Under the pieces are notes generated by a model. It worked only from the letters and a program-made list of their open reading frames with translations. It ran no database searches and had not been told where the DNA came from. The translations under genes were made by a program, and so were the position numbers. From positions 8,797-72,796 of the forward strand of contig JAHLWX010000001.1 of the NCBI GenBank assembly GCA_019057675.1: 64,000 bases of DNA, in the 5' to 3' direction. Below, piece by piece: positions 49,956 through 60,292 of this stretch (within the stretch, counting starts at the first letter, position 1; each line of letters begins with the position of its first letter). The stretch is from Candidatus Jordarchaeum sp. LHC_1308. Its GTDB lineage: Archaea; Asgardarchaeota; Jordiarchaeia; Jordiarchaeales; Freyrarchaeaceae.

Positions 49956-50111
49956 TGGTGCGGGGGGTGGGATTTGTCCCCGTAAAACCGGATTGAACCC
50001 ACGAACGCTTACGCCGGTATCCCGCCTACGCGACAGGATCCTGAATCCTGCCCCTATGGCCACTTAAGCTTTGACTTAGCCTGCAGGCGCATCTGGCTTG
50101 GGTACCCCCGC
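49956..50111 (-). tRNA. tRNA-Leu(CAG), encoded CCA, four introns; exons 50111..50093, 50075..50071, 50055..50026, 50008..49993, 49973..49956
   Basis: Mature product GCGGGGGTACCCAAGCCAG+GTCAA+AGGGGCAGGATTCAGGATCCTGTCGCGTAG+GCGTTCGTGGGTTCAA+ATCCCACCCCCCGCACCA = 88 nt with complete acceptor, D, anticodon, long variable and T arms; every intron has a BHB with 4-bp central helix and 3-nt bulges. Confidence 0.9.
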
Positions 50112-50157
50112 ATCTACCGTCAATCATTTTCATGTGCTTTCCTCAAAAATTTTTTGA

Positions 50158-51561
50158 TCAGCTCTTAGCGCTCGCAGCAGCTTCCTTTGCGATATGTTCT
50201 GCGATTTGTTCAGCTTTCTGTTTAAGTTTTTCAGTTATGTACCCTTTAATGAATGCTTCCTCAAGAGCATCCTTATCTATAACCTTTACGTCTCCGTTAG
50301 GGAACTGTATAACGTCAACCTCTAGATCTATATATCTTATCCTGTTGGGGTATAGTTCTATGGGTGTGTTTATATTGTAGAATGCTCCTTTAAACTCCCC
50401 TTTCTTGGAGTAGTATTCCGTTTTGAATGTCCACTCGCCCAGTTTTACTTGGGTTACGCCATAGTCCCCAGCTTCTTTTGGTGCGTTTAGACCATCATAA
50501 TATCCTCCTGCTGTAAAGCTTCTCCTGATAATGATCTCTCGATGATCTTTCCTTTGTAGAATTTTTCCGTGGAGAAATATTATTTTTCCATTAAGCTTGA
50601 CGTGTTCGAAGCGTATTTCATCCTCATTTTTGAAGGTGTTGTCGATAATCCATTCTTGAAGTAATTGGCTTACCTCGTCGCGTAGCTCTGTGTGTCTTGA
50701 AATGAGTTCCTCTGCGAAGTCCACTATCTGCGCCACGTCACTTCCTAATGCTTTGTAATAATGGTGTCCACTTATCGTTGGAGTAACTCTTTCTCTTATG
50801 CTATCCAGCTGCATTTTGGTGCTGGCTGGAAACTCGACGATCACCGTTTCATCGCCTTCTCTTACCAGCATTGGTTCATCTAAGTCTACTGAAAGGTCTA
50901 GAAGCTTTCTCATCTCTTCCTCTAACTCCTTTATTTCCTTTGTGACTAATGATATGTCTGCATTCCCCGCTGCTGTCCTGAATATGATTCCTATGTCCGT
51001 TGACTTCATACTGCTACCAAGACGATAAAGAATTTCACGTACATCTCTGTTTTTGATCTTGCTACTTATGCCAATATGCCCGCTGGAGGTTAAGACCACG
51101 TACTTTCCTGCGATCACTATTTCTCCAGTTGCTTGCGGTCTGGGGTCGATTTCGCACACTCTTAGAAGCTGCACTTCCCCTTCTTCTTTAGCCTTTTCAT
51201 TCACGGGAACTCTCAGGCATCCGATATCTGCTATTGCTTTTTCATTGTACTTTTTGATTATGCGTCCTACATAAATGGCATTTAGGTTAACCTCTGCTTT
51301 TCGGGTAACAACGTCTTCCAGCTCTTCTCTAACGATGCTGACTACTTTTCTTAATGTCTCCCTCTCGCCAGTTATAATTACTCCTTGCTTGTTCTTTGTG
51401 TCGTAAACTTCTACGTCTGGAGGATTCATTGTTCTCTTAATTTTTAGTCTTTCAGCTAGTATCGCTGAACTTTGAGTTATTGAGAAGCCGTTATCTAAGA
51501 AAAGTTTGGAAAGGGCGGTGGAGTATATCCCTCTGACTCTAACCTGCGTTTCTTCCCCCAT
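50158..51561 (-). CDS. FAU-1-like RNase E/G-type RNA-binding protein with DUF402
   Basis: VRGIYSTALSKLFLDNGFSITQSS, VNLNAIYVGRIIKK, DUF402-like GGYYDGL..KEAGDYGVTQVKLGEW. Confidence 0.75.
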   Translation of the reverse strand: MGEETQVRVRGIYSTALSKLFLDNGFSITQSSAILAERLKIKRTMNPPDVEVYDTKNKQGVIITGERETLRKVVSIVREELEDVVTRKAEVNLNAIYVGRIIKKYNEKAIADIGCLRVPVNEKAKEEGEVQLLRVCEIDPRPQATGEIVIAGKYVVLTSSGHIGISSKIKNRDVREILYRLGSSMKSTDIGIIFRTAAGNADISLVTKEIKELEEEMRKLLDLSVDLDEPMLVREGDETVIVEFPASTKMQLDSIRERVTPTISGHHYYKALGSDVAQIVDFAEELISRHTELRDEVSQLLQEWIIDNTFKNEDEIRFEHVKLNGKIIFLHGKILQRKDHREIIIRRSFTAGGYYDGLNAPKEAGDYGVTQVKLGEWTFKTEYYSKKGEFKGAFYNINTPIELYPNRIRYIDLEVDVIQFPNGDVKVIDKDALEEAFIKGYITEKLKQKAEQIAEHIAKEAAASAKS

Positions 51562-51659
51562 CGAGGCACACCTCTACTTTCTTCCATCCGCCTTCCCTTG
51601 AAATGAGGAAATAAAACAAAGTAAAGTAATTTATTTGAGTTCTCGTTCACATTGGCTAC

Positions 51660-51941
51660 TTACTCGTCTCTTACGGTTTCTAAAATTGATACCGCACTCC
51701 ATATTTTCGTTCTACTATGTAAGGGGCAATTTGGATCCTGAGAAGCCTCCTCAAGTATAGATATGGCGTTTGAAGCCTTAACGGCGGGAGTATACTTTCC
51801 CTCTATAAGAGCCTCTATTGCTTCACTTGCAGCTCTCCTAATGTTTCTTGGAGTAGTTGTATCCTCAGATATCTGCTTTAAAATCGCTATTGCTTTATTC
51901 ATTTTCTCAATGGAATCGCTCAAAATATAACCCTCCTGCAA
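51660..51941 (-). CDS. UPF0147 family protein
   Basis: ILKQISEDTTTPRNIRRAASEAIEAL...LEEASQDPNCPLHSRTKIWSAVSILE. Confidence 0.85.
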   Translation of the reverse strand: MQEGYILSDSIEKMNKAIAILKQISEDTTTPRNIRRAASEAIEALIEGKYTPAVKASNAISILEEASQDPNCPLHSRTKIWSAVSILETVRDE

Positions 51942-52174
51942 ATTAATTGCAAACTAGGGTTCCTTCCTTCACAAAGGAAACCATTTTTTACGAGTTTACT
52001 CCTCACTTATTTCAAATTAAGATGTAGGCTATTTTTGTCTTACGCAGGGCCCTCAGAGAATGAAAACTTTCATCTTAGAGATGTCTTATTCTTGAAAAAC
52101 ATTTATTTTTCACAATGCTTCCGTAATTTTAAGAGTTTTTAAAATTAAGAAGTAAGAAGTCTTGGTGGTTTTTC

Positions 52175-52516
52175 TTGGCGTCTGAAGACTTGCAGAAAAT
52201 GGTTGACATGTTACGGCGTGGTGCGACATTGCTCTCTAAGGCATGTCCCGCATGTAGCTCCCCCTTATTTAAAGTAGATGGGAAAATATGGTGTCCGACA
52301 TGTGAAAAGCAGGTTATTGTGATGAGGGAAGGAGAGCCGCCTCCGCCGGAGTTAAGCAGCTTACTACTCTCCAGCTTGGCAAATGCAATTTATGATAAAC
52401 TCAGAGAGGTGGAAGCTCGAATCAGGAAAGCTAGGGAAACTGATGATTTGCAAGAGTCATTAAGACTTGCTGTTGGTTTACTAGAAGTTTTAGAGCGAAT
52501 AAAACGCTTAACCTAA
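52175..52516 (+). CDS. UPF0148 / SSSCA1-type zinc-finger protein
   Basis: DMLRRGATLLSKACPACSSPLFKVDGKIWCPTCEKQVIV. Confidence 0.85.
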   Translation: MASEDLQKMVDMLRRGATLLSKACPACSSPLFKVDGKIWCPTCEKQVIVMREGEPPPPELSSLLLSSLANAIYDKLREVEARIRKARETDDLQESLRLAVGLLEVLERIKRLT

Positions 52517-54814
52517 CTCTTCTTCGCTATACTTGGATTGAATAACCTTTCTTATTCGTTCTGCTTTCTTTTTTCCTATACCTTGAACTTCCATAAGCTC
52601 TTTCTCATTAGCAGTAAATACTCCCTCAACGCTCTTAAACCTCTGAAGGAGCCTTTTAGCTAAGACGTGATCCACGCCCGGTAAGGCTGCTACCAAGTGC
52701 TCTTGCAACTCTCTCATCGTTCCCGGTTTCTTGATTCCAATGCGTATCCCTTTTCTCCCCTCCTCTTTTTCTCTCCGAGCCACAGTCCTAATCACCTCAG
52801 CAGTTTCTCTGGCGTTTCTGGTCCAAAGAATTGGCGTTTTAAAATCCAACGCTATACTTACTAACGCCCCCCTAACGGCTTCAGGCTTCACGTTCCCCTT
52901 CTCATATAACCCTTCTCCCTCTATTATCAGGAGGGGGGCTTCATATGTCCTTGAGAGGTCGGCGAGCTGTTTAAAAACACGCTGGTCTATAATTGACTGC
53001 ACAAAGTCGGAAACAGTCTTACGCTCTATGCCCACTCTCTCCGAAACAACGTAGTCGCCAACATCTAGTTTCGTTAAGACAATTTCAACTTCAAGCCTAG
53101 CCAGTTCCTGAACGACGGGGCCTCCTCCTTCTCTCACATCTACATAAACGGTTAACTTGTCCTCCTCCTTTGTTGGGATGTATTCCTCCAAAGTGGCTTG
53201 TTGATTAACCTCCGCCTTACTTACCAACGTACTCCTCTTCTTTTTCTCCAGTTCTCTTATAACTTCACGCATGTTCCCCTCCTTCCACTTCACTGACCAG
53301 TAATATCTCTCGTCCATGGTTCCCTTGGCGATAAGAAAGATAACTTTTCCTGGCCTGTGTCTACCAGTTCGCCCCTTCCTCTGAATGAACCTTACTGCGC
53401 TAGGAGTAATGTCGTAGAAAACTACTAAATCACACTCGCTGATATCGAGCCCCTCTTCAGCTACGCTGGTGGCAACCAGTACGTTAAACTCTCCCTTTCT
53501 AAATTTTTCAAGAACCTCAGCTTGTTGCCTCTGTGTAAGGCCGGCAGTGTTTCCTCTGTTGCCTTGCCCGACTATTCTATCAGCGTAGATCCCTTCTTCG
53601 CAGAGTTTCTTTAAGATGTCCTCTACTGTGCTTCTAAAATGCGTAAACACTATCACCCGCGACTCAGGCTTACTAGAAAGCTGTTCCTTAATGGCGTTAA
53701 TAAGGACGCTAATCTTAGGATGCACCATTCCCTGAGCGCTCATTGCTGCTACTTCTCTCCTTACAGAGACTATGAGTGGGTCTTCGAGAAGACTGATTAG
53801 CCCCTTTCCTCCCTTAATCTGAGCTTTCTCATCCATTCTTTCAAAGTATTTGTTTAGAGCTCCAACTCCCTGCGTCTCCAAGATTTCGTGAGCGTGAGCG
53901 AGCCTAATGGCGCCCGACACCACCGCTAAACATTCATAGTCCTTCTCGCTTTTTTCCTCCTTTTTCAGAAGTAGTTCTTGTAATTCTAAAAGTTCTCTTC
54001 TAGTCCACTTCTTTTTCCTTGTCTGAACATAACCCGCTTCCTTCAAAACACCCAACAATCCCTCTATGGCGTTTTCAAGCTTTGCCTTTACACGTAGCAT
54101 TTCCAGAGGGAGCTCCACAATAACCCATTCAACCTTAACTTTTTTAACGTAGGGCGCAACATCCGGGCTTCTCTCCGTTCGGGCTTCAACCCACTTTATG
54201 TTTAGAGCCCTACAGACCTCTAGCACTTTTTCCCTTTGAGAGCCAGGTGATGCCGTAAGCCCTAAAATAAGGGGGCTCTTCGCCCGTTTTAAAAACTCTT
54301 CTGCTATGAAGACATATGGGTAATCGCCTACAGCTTTGTGAGCTTCATCAAAAACTAGGAGAACCCAGTCTGAGGCATTCATCCGTCTAGCTATCAAGTC
54401 ATTTCTAACAACCTGAGGAGTGGCTATGATAACTTTCGCCATCTGCCATATGCCTTCTCTTTCTTTTGGCGGCATTTCTCCGGTGCATGTTCTTATTGCG
54501 TCCTCGGGCAACTTTAATATTCTCTTAAACGTTTCTGCATGCTGGAGAACCAAAGGCTTCGTGGGAGCTAAAAGAACAACTTTCCCCCAGTCATGCTTCA
54601 GCAACCTTTCCGCAGCCAAGATAGCCGCGATGACCGTCTTACCCAAACCAGTAGGTAGCACCACAAGTGTGTTACCTTGCAGAGCCTTAGAAACTATGTT
54701 CCTCTGGTACTCTCTAACTTCAATGCTCTCCTCCTTAATAAGAGGATGCGTAAACTGTTCCGATCTGTGCATAGCCCTTTTCATCTCTCCCGTCCCATCC
54801 AAAAACAGAGTCAT
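52508..54814 (-). CDS. hef: Hef: SF2 helicase fused to XPF-family nuclease and tandem HhH
   Basis: VLPTGLGKTVIAAIL, FDEAHKAVGDYPYVFI, RFIQRKGRTGR, ERKTVSDFVQSIIDQRVFKQL, HhH tail. Confidence 0.94.
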   Translation of the reverse strand: MTLFLDGTGEMKRAMHRSEQFTHPLIKEESIEVREYQRNIVSKALQGNTLVVLPTGLGKTVIAAILAAERLLKHDWGKVVLLAPTKPLVLQHAETFKRILKLPEDAIRTCTGEMPPKEREGIWQMAKVIIATPQVVRNDLIARRMNASDWVLLVFDEAHKAVGDYPYVFIAEEFLKRAKSPLILGLTASPGSQREKVLEVCRALNIKWVEARTERSPDVAPYVKKVKVEWVIVELPLEMLRVKAKLENAIEGLLGVLKEAGYVQTRKKKWTRRELLELQELLLKKEEKSEKDYECLAVVSGAIRLAHAHEILETQGVGALNKYFERMDEKAQIKGGKGLISLLEDPLIVSVRREVAAMSAQGMVHPKISVLINAIKEQLSSKPESRVIVFTHFRSTVEDILKKLCEEGIYADRIVGQGNRGNTAGLTQRQQAEVLEKFRKGEFNVLVATSVAEEGLDISECDLVVFYDITPSAVRFIQRKGRTGRHRPGKVIFLIAKGTMDERYYWSVKWKEGNMREVIRELEKKKRSTLVSKAEVNQQATLEEYIPTKEEDKLTVYVDVREGGGPVVQELARLEVEIVLTKLDVGDYVVSERVGIERKTVSDFVQSIIDQRVFKQLADLSRTYEAPLLIIEGEGLYEKGNVKPEAVRGALVSIALDFKTPILWTRNARETAEVIRTVARREKEEGRKGIRIGIKKPGTMRELQEHLVAALPGVDHVLAKRLLQRFKSVEGVFTANEKELMEVQGIGKKKAERIRKVIQSKYSEEELG

Positions 54815-54917
54815 CCTTTAGTTTCTAAAAACACTTTGATGCTCTCCAGGTAATATCTAATTATAAAATCATCCTCCCCCTTAAAATTCATGACTCTTGG
54901 TCATTAACATTCTATAG

Positions 54918-55283
54918 GTGAAAATCATGGAATTAACTGTTATGGGTCAAGGTCGTGAAACTCTTTCAGGCGTCGATTGTGAATTATATGAACTCACGGT
55001 TCCAGGCAACCTCATAGGGAAACTAGTTATTGATGGAGGAGCGAGAATAGTGGGAATAGTACGAAGCGTCAAACTCACTTTGCCCCCGGCAAAAATTGAA
55101 ATAGTGGTTAAGGGATTAGAGGTCGAGTTCTCAGTGGACGTTTCAAATGTTAGCGCTGTTGGCAGCGTTGTTCAACTAAAAAACGTTGCCAAAGAAGCTG
55201 AGCCACTAGAATTAAGAGATGCTCAAAGACTGAGGAAAGAACTCATAGAGGAAATCAGAACAATGACCTCAAACATTTCTTAA
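54918..55283 (+). CDS. Hypothetical protein
   Basis: 121-aa ORF MKIMELTVMGQGRETLSGVDCELYELTVPGNLIGKLVIDGG... Confidence 0.65.
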   Translation: MKIMELTVMGQGRETLSGVDCELYELTVPGNLIGKLVIDGGARIVGIVRSVKLTLPPAKIEIVVKGLEVEFSVDVSNVSAVGSVVQLKNVAKEAEPLELRDAQRLRKELIEEIRTMTSNIS

Positions 55284-55297
55284 GTGAAAGAACATTT

Positions 55298-57205
55298 TTA
55301 ATCAGACAGCCCCTTGTTAGCATAAATCGCAGTGCACTTAACCTCCATACATTTAGAACAGTGGATGCATCTATCCTCAAGCACCCACGCCATCCCCCAA
55401 TTTATCAGAACGGCCTGCTTTTTACAGGCAGAAACACACTCACCGCAACCTACGCACCTTAACGCCTTAACCATAACGTTAACAACACGGCGCTTAATTT
55501 CGTCCTCCCCTTCTAAACTACTAGAAACAACAAATTTTCCATCCTCAAAAATCTTCACTTCTCCCTGCACACAGGTAATGATGACCGCATCAGTAACCAT
55601 GCTGACTCCCCCCATAACGTTGGCAATGTTTTTGACTCGGGAAAGCTCCACCGGGGCGTTGAAACGTCCAGAAAGCATAATTTTTCCGTTTTTCTCCTCC
55701 CTTCGTTCGATGTGGTACGTGATTTTTCTCCCTCCAGCTGGTCTCTCAACAGGCATTCTCACCCCTAACTGTCTAGCTAGTTCCAAATGTCCCTTTGGTA
55801 ACCTCTTCCACCTCCAAAATCCATATCGAATCCATTCTTCAGGATATCCGTATCTTTCCCTCCATTTTTCAAGTCTGCTCATCAACATTTTGTAGAGCTC
55901 TTCATGCGTCTCCTTAAGCATTTCTATTTCGGAAAGCTTGCTTGCCGGGCAAGGCCAACAACCTATCCTACTAAGTCCTTTCTCGTAAAGTGGATTATAC
56001 TCGACGCCTTCTTTGAATATGTAAAGCCAAACGTGAAGCGCGGTCCAATTCTTAATAGGGTATGCCGCTATCTGCCCTAGAACCCAAGGGTTAACGCTAA
56101 TCTTCGGCTCCCTAAATCTAGCTTCAGACTCATAACTTCTCTGTCCAACGAATGTCAGGCACCCATTCGGGAAGTTTTCCTTAATAAGCTTCGTTAATGG
56201 GCCTAACTTACACCCCTTGCAGCATATCCTGTAATCTCTTCCTGGAGGGCCAAATTCCTCGACAAGCTTCCAGAAAACATTGCTGTCAACTTTTTCCTCC
56301 AACAAGTCAAGTCCTAGCTGTTTAACTAGCCTCTTAGTGTAAGCTACAGTTTCAGGGAATTCCACTCCAGTATCAGCGAATAGAACCCTAAAGTTCCTCC
56401 CTAGCGCTTTTAGTACGAGTAGAAGTGTGACCAATGAATCTTTTCCACCAGAAAATGCCACGGTCACGGGTCTACCATGGTTTTTAGCTACGTTTCTGAT
56501 GAAACTTAGAGCCTTCTCCTCGAACATGTTTAGGATTTCTTCGTTGGCTTTTACAGCGTCGTTCCACGTCCCTCTATTCACTTCTTTCCTCCTCGGCAGA
56601 ACCCCCTTTTCCCTTATCTTTACAGCAATGCCTTTCTCACGCGACAGCATCTCACTCCCTGATTTCTTTGCCACCCCAACAGCAAAGACCTCCTCATTAG
56701 AATTAACAACAATCACCTGATCCCCAATGCTAATTTCACGGTCACAATCTAAGACGCCAGGACCGAGAAGATTGGCGCTCCCCTGCAGTATGCTTTCAGC
56801 AGCTCCTCTATCTGCGCAAACCCACTTGCCTCCTCCCTGTTGCCATATTGCGCGCCCCCCAGCCAGCTTTGGTAAAAACTCCCAACTCAATTTAAAGATG
56901 TTAAATCTAAGGTTTCCTATGATTTCCCCGTCCACGACCACCTCGTCCATGTGATCCAAGTAAGGCACCTTATTTAACACCACACAGCCATCATAATGCA
57001 AGTCAACCTCAAACTGGCATCTTACAGTCTTTTGCAAGATCTCTATTTCTCTTCTAAAAGCTGGTCTAATGTCGCCTGGCGGCGAAATTCCGACATTAAC
57101 ACCCTTCTCTCCACATAACGAACACTTCTCATCTAAAAGCGGAACACCACAATTCATGCACCAGAATAGTTTAACGGCTCCTAAATAAACACCCACATCA
57201 CTCAC
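55298..57205 (-). CDS. PAPS-reductase-like phosphoadenosine domain protein with zinc ribbon and C-terminal 4Fe-4S ferredoxin domain
   Basis: TVAFSGGKDSLVTLLLVLKAL, CCKGCKLGPLTKLIKENF, CVGCGECVSACKKQAV..CIHCSKCME. Confidence 0.85.
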   Translation of the reverse strand: MSDVGVYLGAVKLFWCMNCGVPLLDEKCSLCGEKGVNVGISPPGDIRPAFRREIEILQKTVRCQFEVDLHYDGCVVLNKVPYLDHMDEVVVDGEIIGNLRFNIFKLSWEFLPKLAGGRAIWQQGGGKWVCADRGAAESILQGSANLLGPGVLDCDREISIGDQVIVVNSNEEVFAVGVAKKSGSEMLSREKGIAVKIREKGVLPRRKEVNRGTWNDAVKANEEILNMFEEKALSFIRNVAKNHGRPVTVAFSGGKDSLVTLLLVLKALGRNFRVLFADTGVEFPETVAYTKRLVKQLGLDLLEEKVDSNVFWKLVEEFGPPGRDYRICCKGCKLGPLTKLIKENFPNGCLTFVGQRSYESEARFREPKISVNPWVLGQIAAYPIKNWTALHVWLYIFKEGVEYNPLYEKGLSRIGCWPCPASKLSEIEMLKETHEELYKMLMSRLEKWRERYGYPEEWIRYGFWRWKRLPKGHLELARQLGVRMPVERPAGGRKITYHIERREEKNGKIMLSGRFNAPVELSRVKNIANVMGGVSMVTDAVIITCVQGEVKIFEDGKFVVSSSLEGEDEIKRRVVNVMVKALRCVGCGECVSACKKQAVLINWGMAWVLEDRCIHCSKCMEVKCTAIYANKGLSD

Positions 57206-57285
57206 CTACAAATTCCAGAAATCTCATAAGTAAAAGAGCAAAATTCAACGGGTTTGCATTAAAAAAGAGGAAAGCTTTGTAAATT

Positions 57286-57699
57286 CTATTTCTCGAGCTC
57301 TCTCTCCACAATTTCGGCGTAGCTATCCGCACTTAACAGATTCTCCTTTTCCTCTTCAAGGTTTGCCGCCTCTATCACGATTATCCAGCCCTCGCCGTAT
57401 GGGTCGCTGTTGATGAGCTCTGGAGAATCTTCTAATGCCTCGTTAACCTCCAAGATCCTTCCGCTTATGGGCGCATAAAGTTCTGAAACAGCCTTAACAG
57501 ACTCAATCGTCCCGAACTCTTCTCCCTGGCTTACCTCGTCGCCGACTTCAGGTAGCTCAACGTAAACTATCTCCTTCAATTGCTTCTGGGCGAAATCAGT
57601 GATGCCTACGCGCACCTTCCCGTTCTCTATTCTAGCCCATTGATGTGTCTCATTGTATAGCAAGTCATCGGGTATCTGTACATCATCAACTTTAACCAT
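57286..57699 (-). CDS. gcvH: Glycine cleavage system H protein
   Basis: THQWARIENGKVRVGITDFAQKQLKEIVYVELPEVGDEV...ESVKAVSELYAPISG. Confidence 0.94.
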   Translation of the reverse strand: MVKVDDVQIPDDLLYNETHQWARIENGKVRVGITDFAQKQLKEIVYVELPEVGDEVSQGEEFGTIESVKAVSELYAPISGRILEVNEALEDSPELINSDPYGEGWIIVIEAANLEEEKENLLSADSYAEIVERELEK

Positions 57700-58177
57700 A
57701 CTTTCCTCTCCTAAACCGATTTTCAGTTTAGCTTCTCAAAATGTTTACCTCATAAAGCTTTCGTTTATCTTCCTACAAATAATTTAAGCGTTCTTTTACA
57801 CGTTTCCTAACAGCGCCTAGATTGTTTTCATGTCTCTCAGAAAGAATTTTCATCGAAAAGGAAGCCCAGTATTTTTCAGCTCCAGAGACTTCTATGTTCT
57901 CCAAGTGATTTCATTTGTTCCTACAACACACACTCAAAGTACAAGTAAAAAATAAAATAGCAAAACTCTAAAATTTACTTTTTGATTTTAATGTGACTCC
58001 CTCTAAAATATTAAGGCGTCAACCGGATAAAGCTCTTTTAACCTTTTCGTTTATCGTTTCCCCAGCTTAGCGACCAAAGCACAGTACATGGTACACATTT
58101 CCAGAAAAAATTTTTACGGGGGTGGAAGCATTTTTTATATTTTTCTTTATTAAATTGTTTGTTGGAGGGCTTTATCC

Positions 58178-58672
58178 TTGCCGTACCTTTTCAAGCTTGT
58201 TGGCGTATCTGGAACCTTTGATAGGCTTCACAGAGGACATAGGTTTTTGTTGAGCAAGGCTTTAGAAGTGGGGGAGCGGATAATGGTTGGTTTAACCTCT
58301 GATGAAATGTGCTCCGGAAAGCAGCTATCGAATAAAATTGAGCCATTCGAAGTTAGACGCGCAAACTTGGAACGCTTTTTCAAAGAGATGGATGCCGCCT
58401 CAAGAGTTGAGATCATCACCCTTAATGATCCTTATGGGCCAGCAATAGAAGACTCAGGACTTGAGGCCATAGTTGCAGGTGAAGATGTGGCTTGGCGTAT
58501 AGAAGAGATTAACAAGATCAGGGAGAAGAAGGGTTTGCAGCCCTTAAGGCTCATAGTCGTTGAATTGGTAAAAGCTAGTGACGGTAAACGGATAAGTAGT
58601 ACTCGAATAAGAAAAGGCGAAATAGATGAGGAAGGTTGTCTCAAGACGCTAACGTCTTTCTCTGATCAATGA
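58178..58672 (+). CDS. coaD: Archaeal-type phosphopantetheine adenylyltransferase
   Basis: VGVSGTFDRLHRGHRFLLSKALEVGERIMVGLTSDEM, VSTRIRKGEIDEEG-like tail. Confidence 0.85.
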   Translation: MPYLFKLVGVSGTFDRLHRGHRFLLSKALEVGERIMVGLTSDEMCSGKQLSNKIEPFEVRRANLERFFKEMDAASRVEIITLNDPYGPAIEDSGLEAIVAGEDVAWRIEEINKIREKKGLQPLRLIVVELVKASDGKRISSTRIRKGEIDEEGCLKTLTSFSDQ

Positions 58673-58749
58673 GTCTCCATAACTTTTTTAATGCATCTTG
58701 GTTTTCTAATCCCATTGAAAGTTATGGTATGATTTAAGGAGGGTTTCAA

Positions 58750-60279
58750 TTGTCTCTTTCCTTTGAGGGTCTTCGTGAAACTGAGGTTAAGATTCTCCGT
58801 TTTTTAGCCGAGCGTGGTGAGAAATCACGAGTGAATGATATTCTGGAGGGCACAAAAATTGAATATGCTACACTTGCGAAATCCATAGCTTGGCTTGAAG
58901 ATAAAGGCCTCGTATCCGTTGAACGAATAGAGTTAAAATTCTTGTTCCTTACCGATGAAGGTAAACGTTACGCTTCTTCAGGTCTTCCAGAAAGAACACT
59001 TTTACGCTTTCTTGTTGAGAGAGGCGGGAAAGCCACTTTAAACGATGTTTTGAAAGCAGGTATCCTTCCTCAAAACATAGTCAACGTCGCCATCGGGTGG
59101 GCGCGACGTAAGGGCTGGGTTGAAGTTTTAAAATCTAATGGCGAAACAACAATCACGGTTCTAGATTATTCTCCTCCAATGGGCCCTGACGAGCTTCTCT
59201 TAGAGCTCCTTTCAAAAAGAGAACACGTAAAGCAATCGGAGTTGCCTGAAGAGCTCGCCTCCACAATCGACCTCCTATATAAACGTAACTTGTTGGAGAA
59301 ACGCAGCGAAACAGATGTTTTTGTGTGGATAACAAGCAACGGTATTACGCTCTTAGAGAGCGGAGTTGAGACTGACGAGGGGATAAGTCTACTGACCCCA
59401 GATCTCATAAGAACGCAAGCTTGGAAAAAAGTTAAGCTGAGAAAGTTCAACGTTGAGGCGCCTACAAAACCCGTCTACCCAGGGAAGCTACATCCCGTAA
59501 TTCAGCTTATTAACGAGATAAGAGATATATTTCTGAATATGGGTTTTGAGGAGATTAGAGGCCCCCTCGTGGAATCCGCTTTCTGGAATTTCGACGCACT
59601 CTTTACACCGCAAGATCATCCGGCACGCGATATGCACGACACCTTTTACCTTAAAAAACCATCTACAGTTAAGTTACCAAGGGAAGACTTAGTTTACAGG
59701 GTGGCGAAAACACATGAAAACGGATGGGAAACTGGGTCAAAGGGGTGGGGATACTACTGGAAAACGGAGCTTGCCCAGCAAGCAATCCTAAGAACGCACA
59801 CTACAGCCACTACAATAAGATATCTTGCAGAGCACAAAGCGCCTCCCGTAAAAGTCTTCTCTGTGGATAGAGTTTACAGAAACGAGAAGGTGGACTATAA
59901 GCACCTCGCAGAGTTTCATCAGATAGAGGGTATAATTGTCGACGAAAATGCGACATTAAGGAACTTGATGGGCGTGCTAAAGGAGTTTTACTGGAAGCTT
60001 GGGTTTAAAAAAGTTCAGTTTTGGCCCAGCTTCTTCCCGTATACTGAACCTTCTATTCAATCAACAGTTTATGTTGAAGAATACAGAGCTTGGGTAGAAC
60101 TCTGTGGCGCAGGAATATTCAGGCCTGAGGTCACCATTCCTATTGGAGTTAAGGTTCCTGTTTTGGCTTGGGGAGGCGGATTTGAGAGGATTGCTATGCT
60201 TCGACTTGGACTAGATGATATAAGAGACCTTTATAGGAACTCCTTAGGATGGCTAAGGCAAACTCCAGCCATACTTTAG
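58750..60279 (+). CDS. pheS: Phenylalanyl-tRNA synthetase alpha subunit
   Basis: FWNFDALFTPQDHPARDMHDTFYL, LRTHTTATTIRYL, KVFSVDRVYRNE, FHQIEGIIV. Confidence 0.97.
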   Translation: MSLSFEGLRETEVKILRFLAERGEKSRVNDILEGTKIEYATLAKSIAWLEDKGLVSVERIELKFLFLTDEGKRYASSGLPERTLLRFLVERGGKATLNDVLKAGILPQNIVNVAIGWARRKGWVEVLKSNGETTITVLDYSPPMGPDELLLELLSKREHVKQSELPEELASTIDLLYKRNLLEKRSETDVFVWITSNGITLLESGVETDEGISLLTPDLIRTQAWKKVKLRKFNVEAPTKPVYPGKLHPVIQLINEIRDIFLNMGFEEIRGPLVESAFWNFDALFTPQDHPARDMHDTFYLKKPSTVKLPREDLVYRVAKTHENGWETGSKGWGYYWKTELAQQAILRTHTTATTIRYLAEHKAPPVKVFSVDRVYRNEKVDYKHLAEFHQIEGIIVDENATLRNLMGVLKEFYWKLGFKKVQFWPSFFPYTEPSIQSTVYVEEYRAWVELCGAGIFRPEVTIPIGVKVPVLAWGGGFERIAMLRLGLDDIRDLYRNSLGWLRQTPAIL

Positions 60280-60292
60280 AGGAGGTGAAGAA

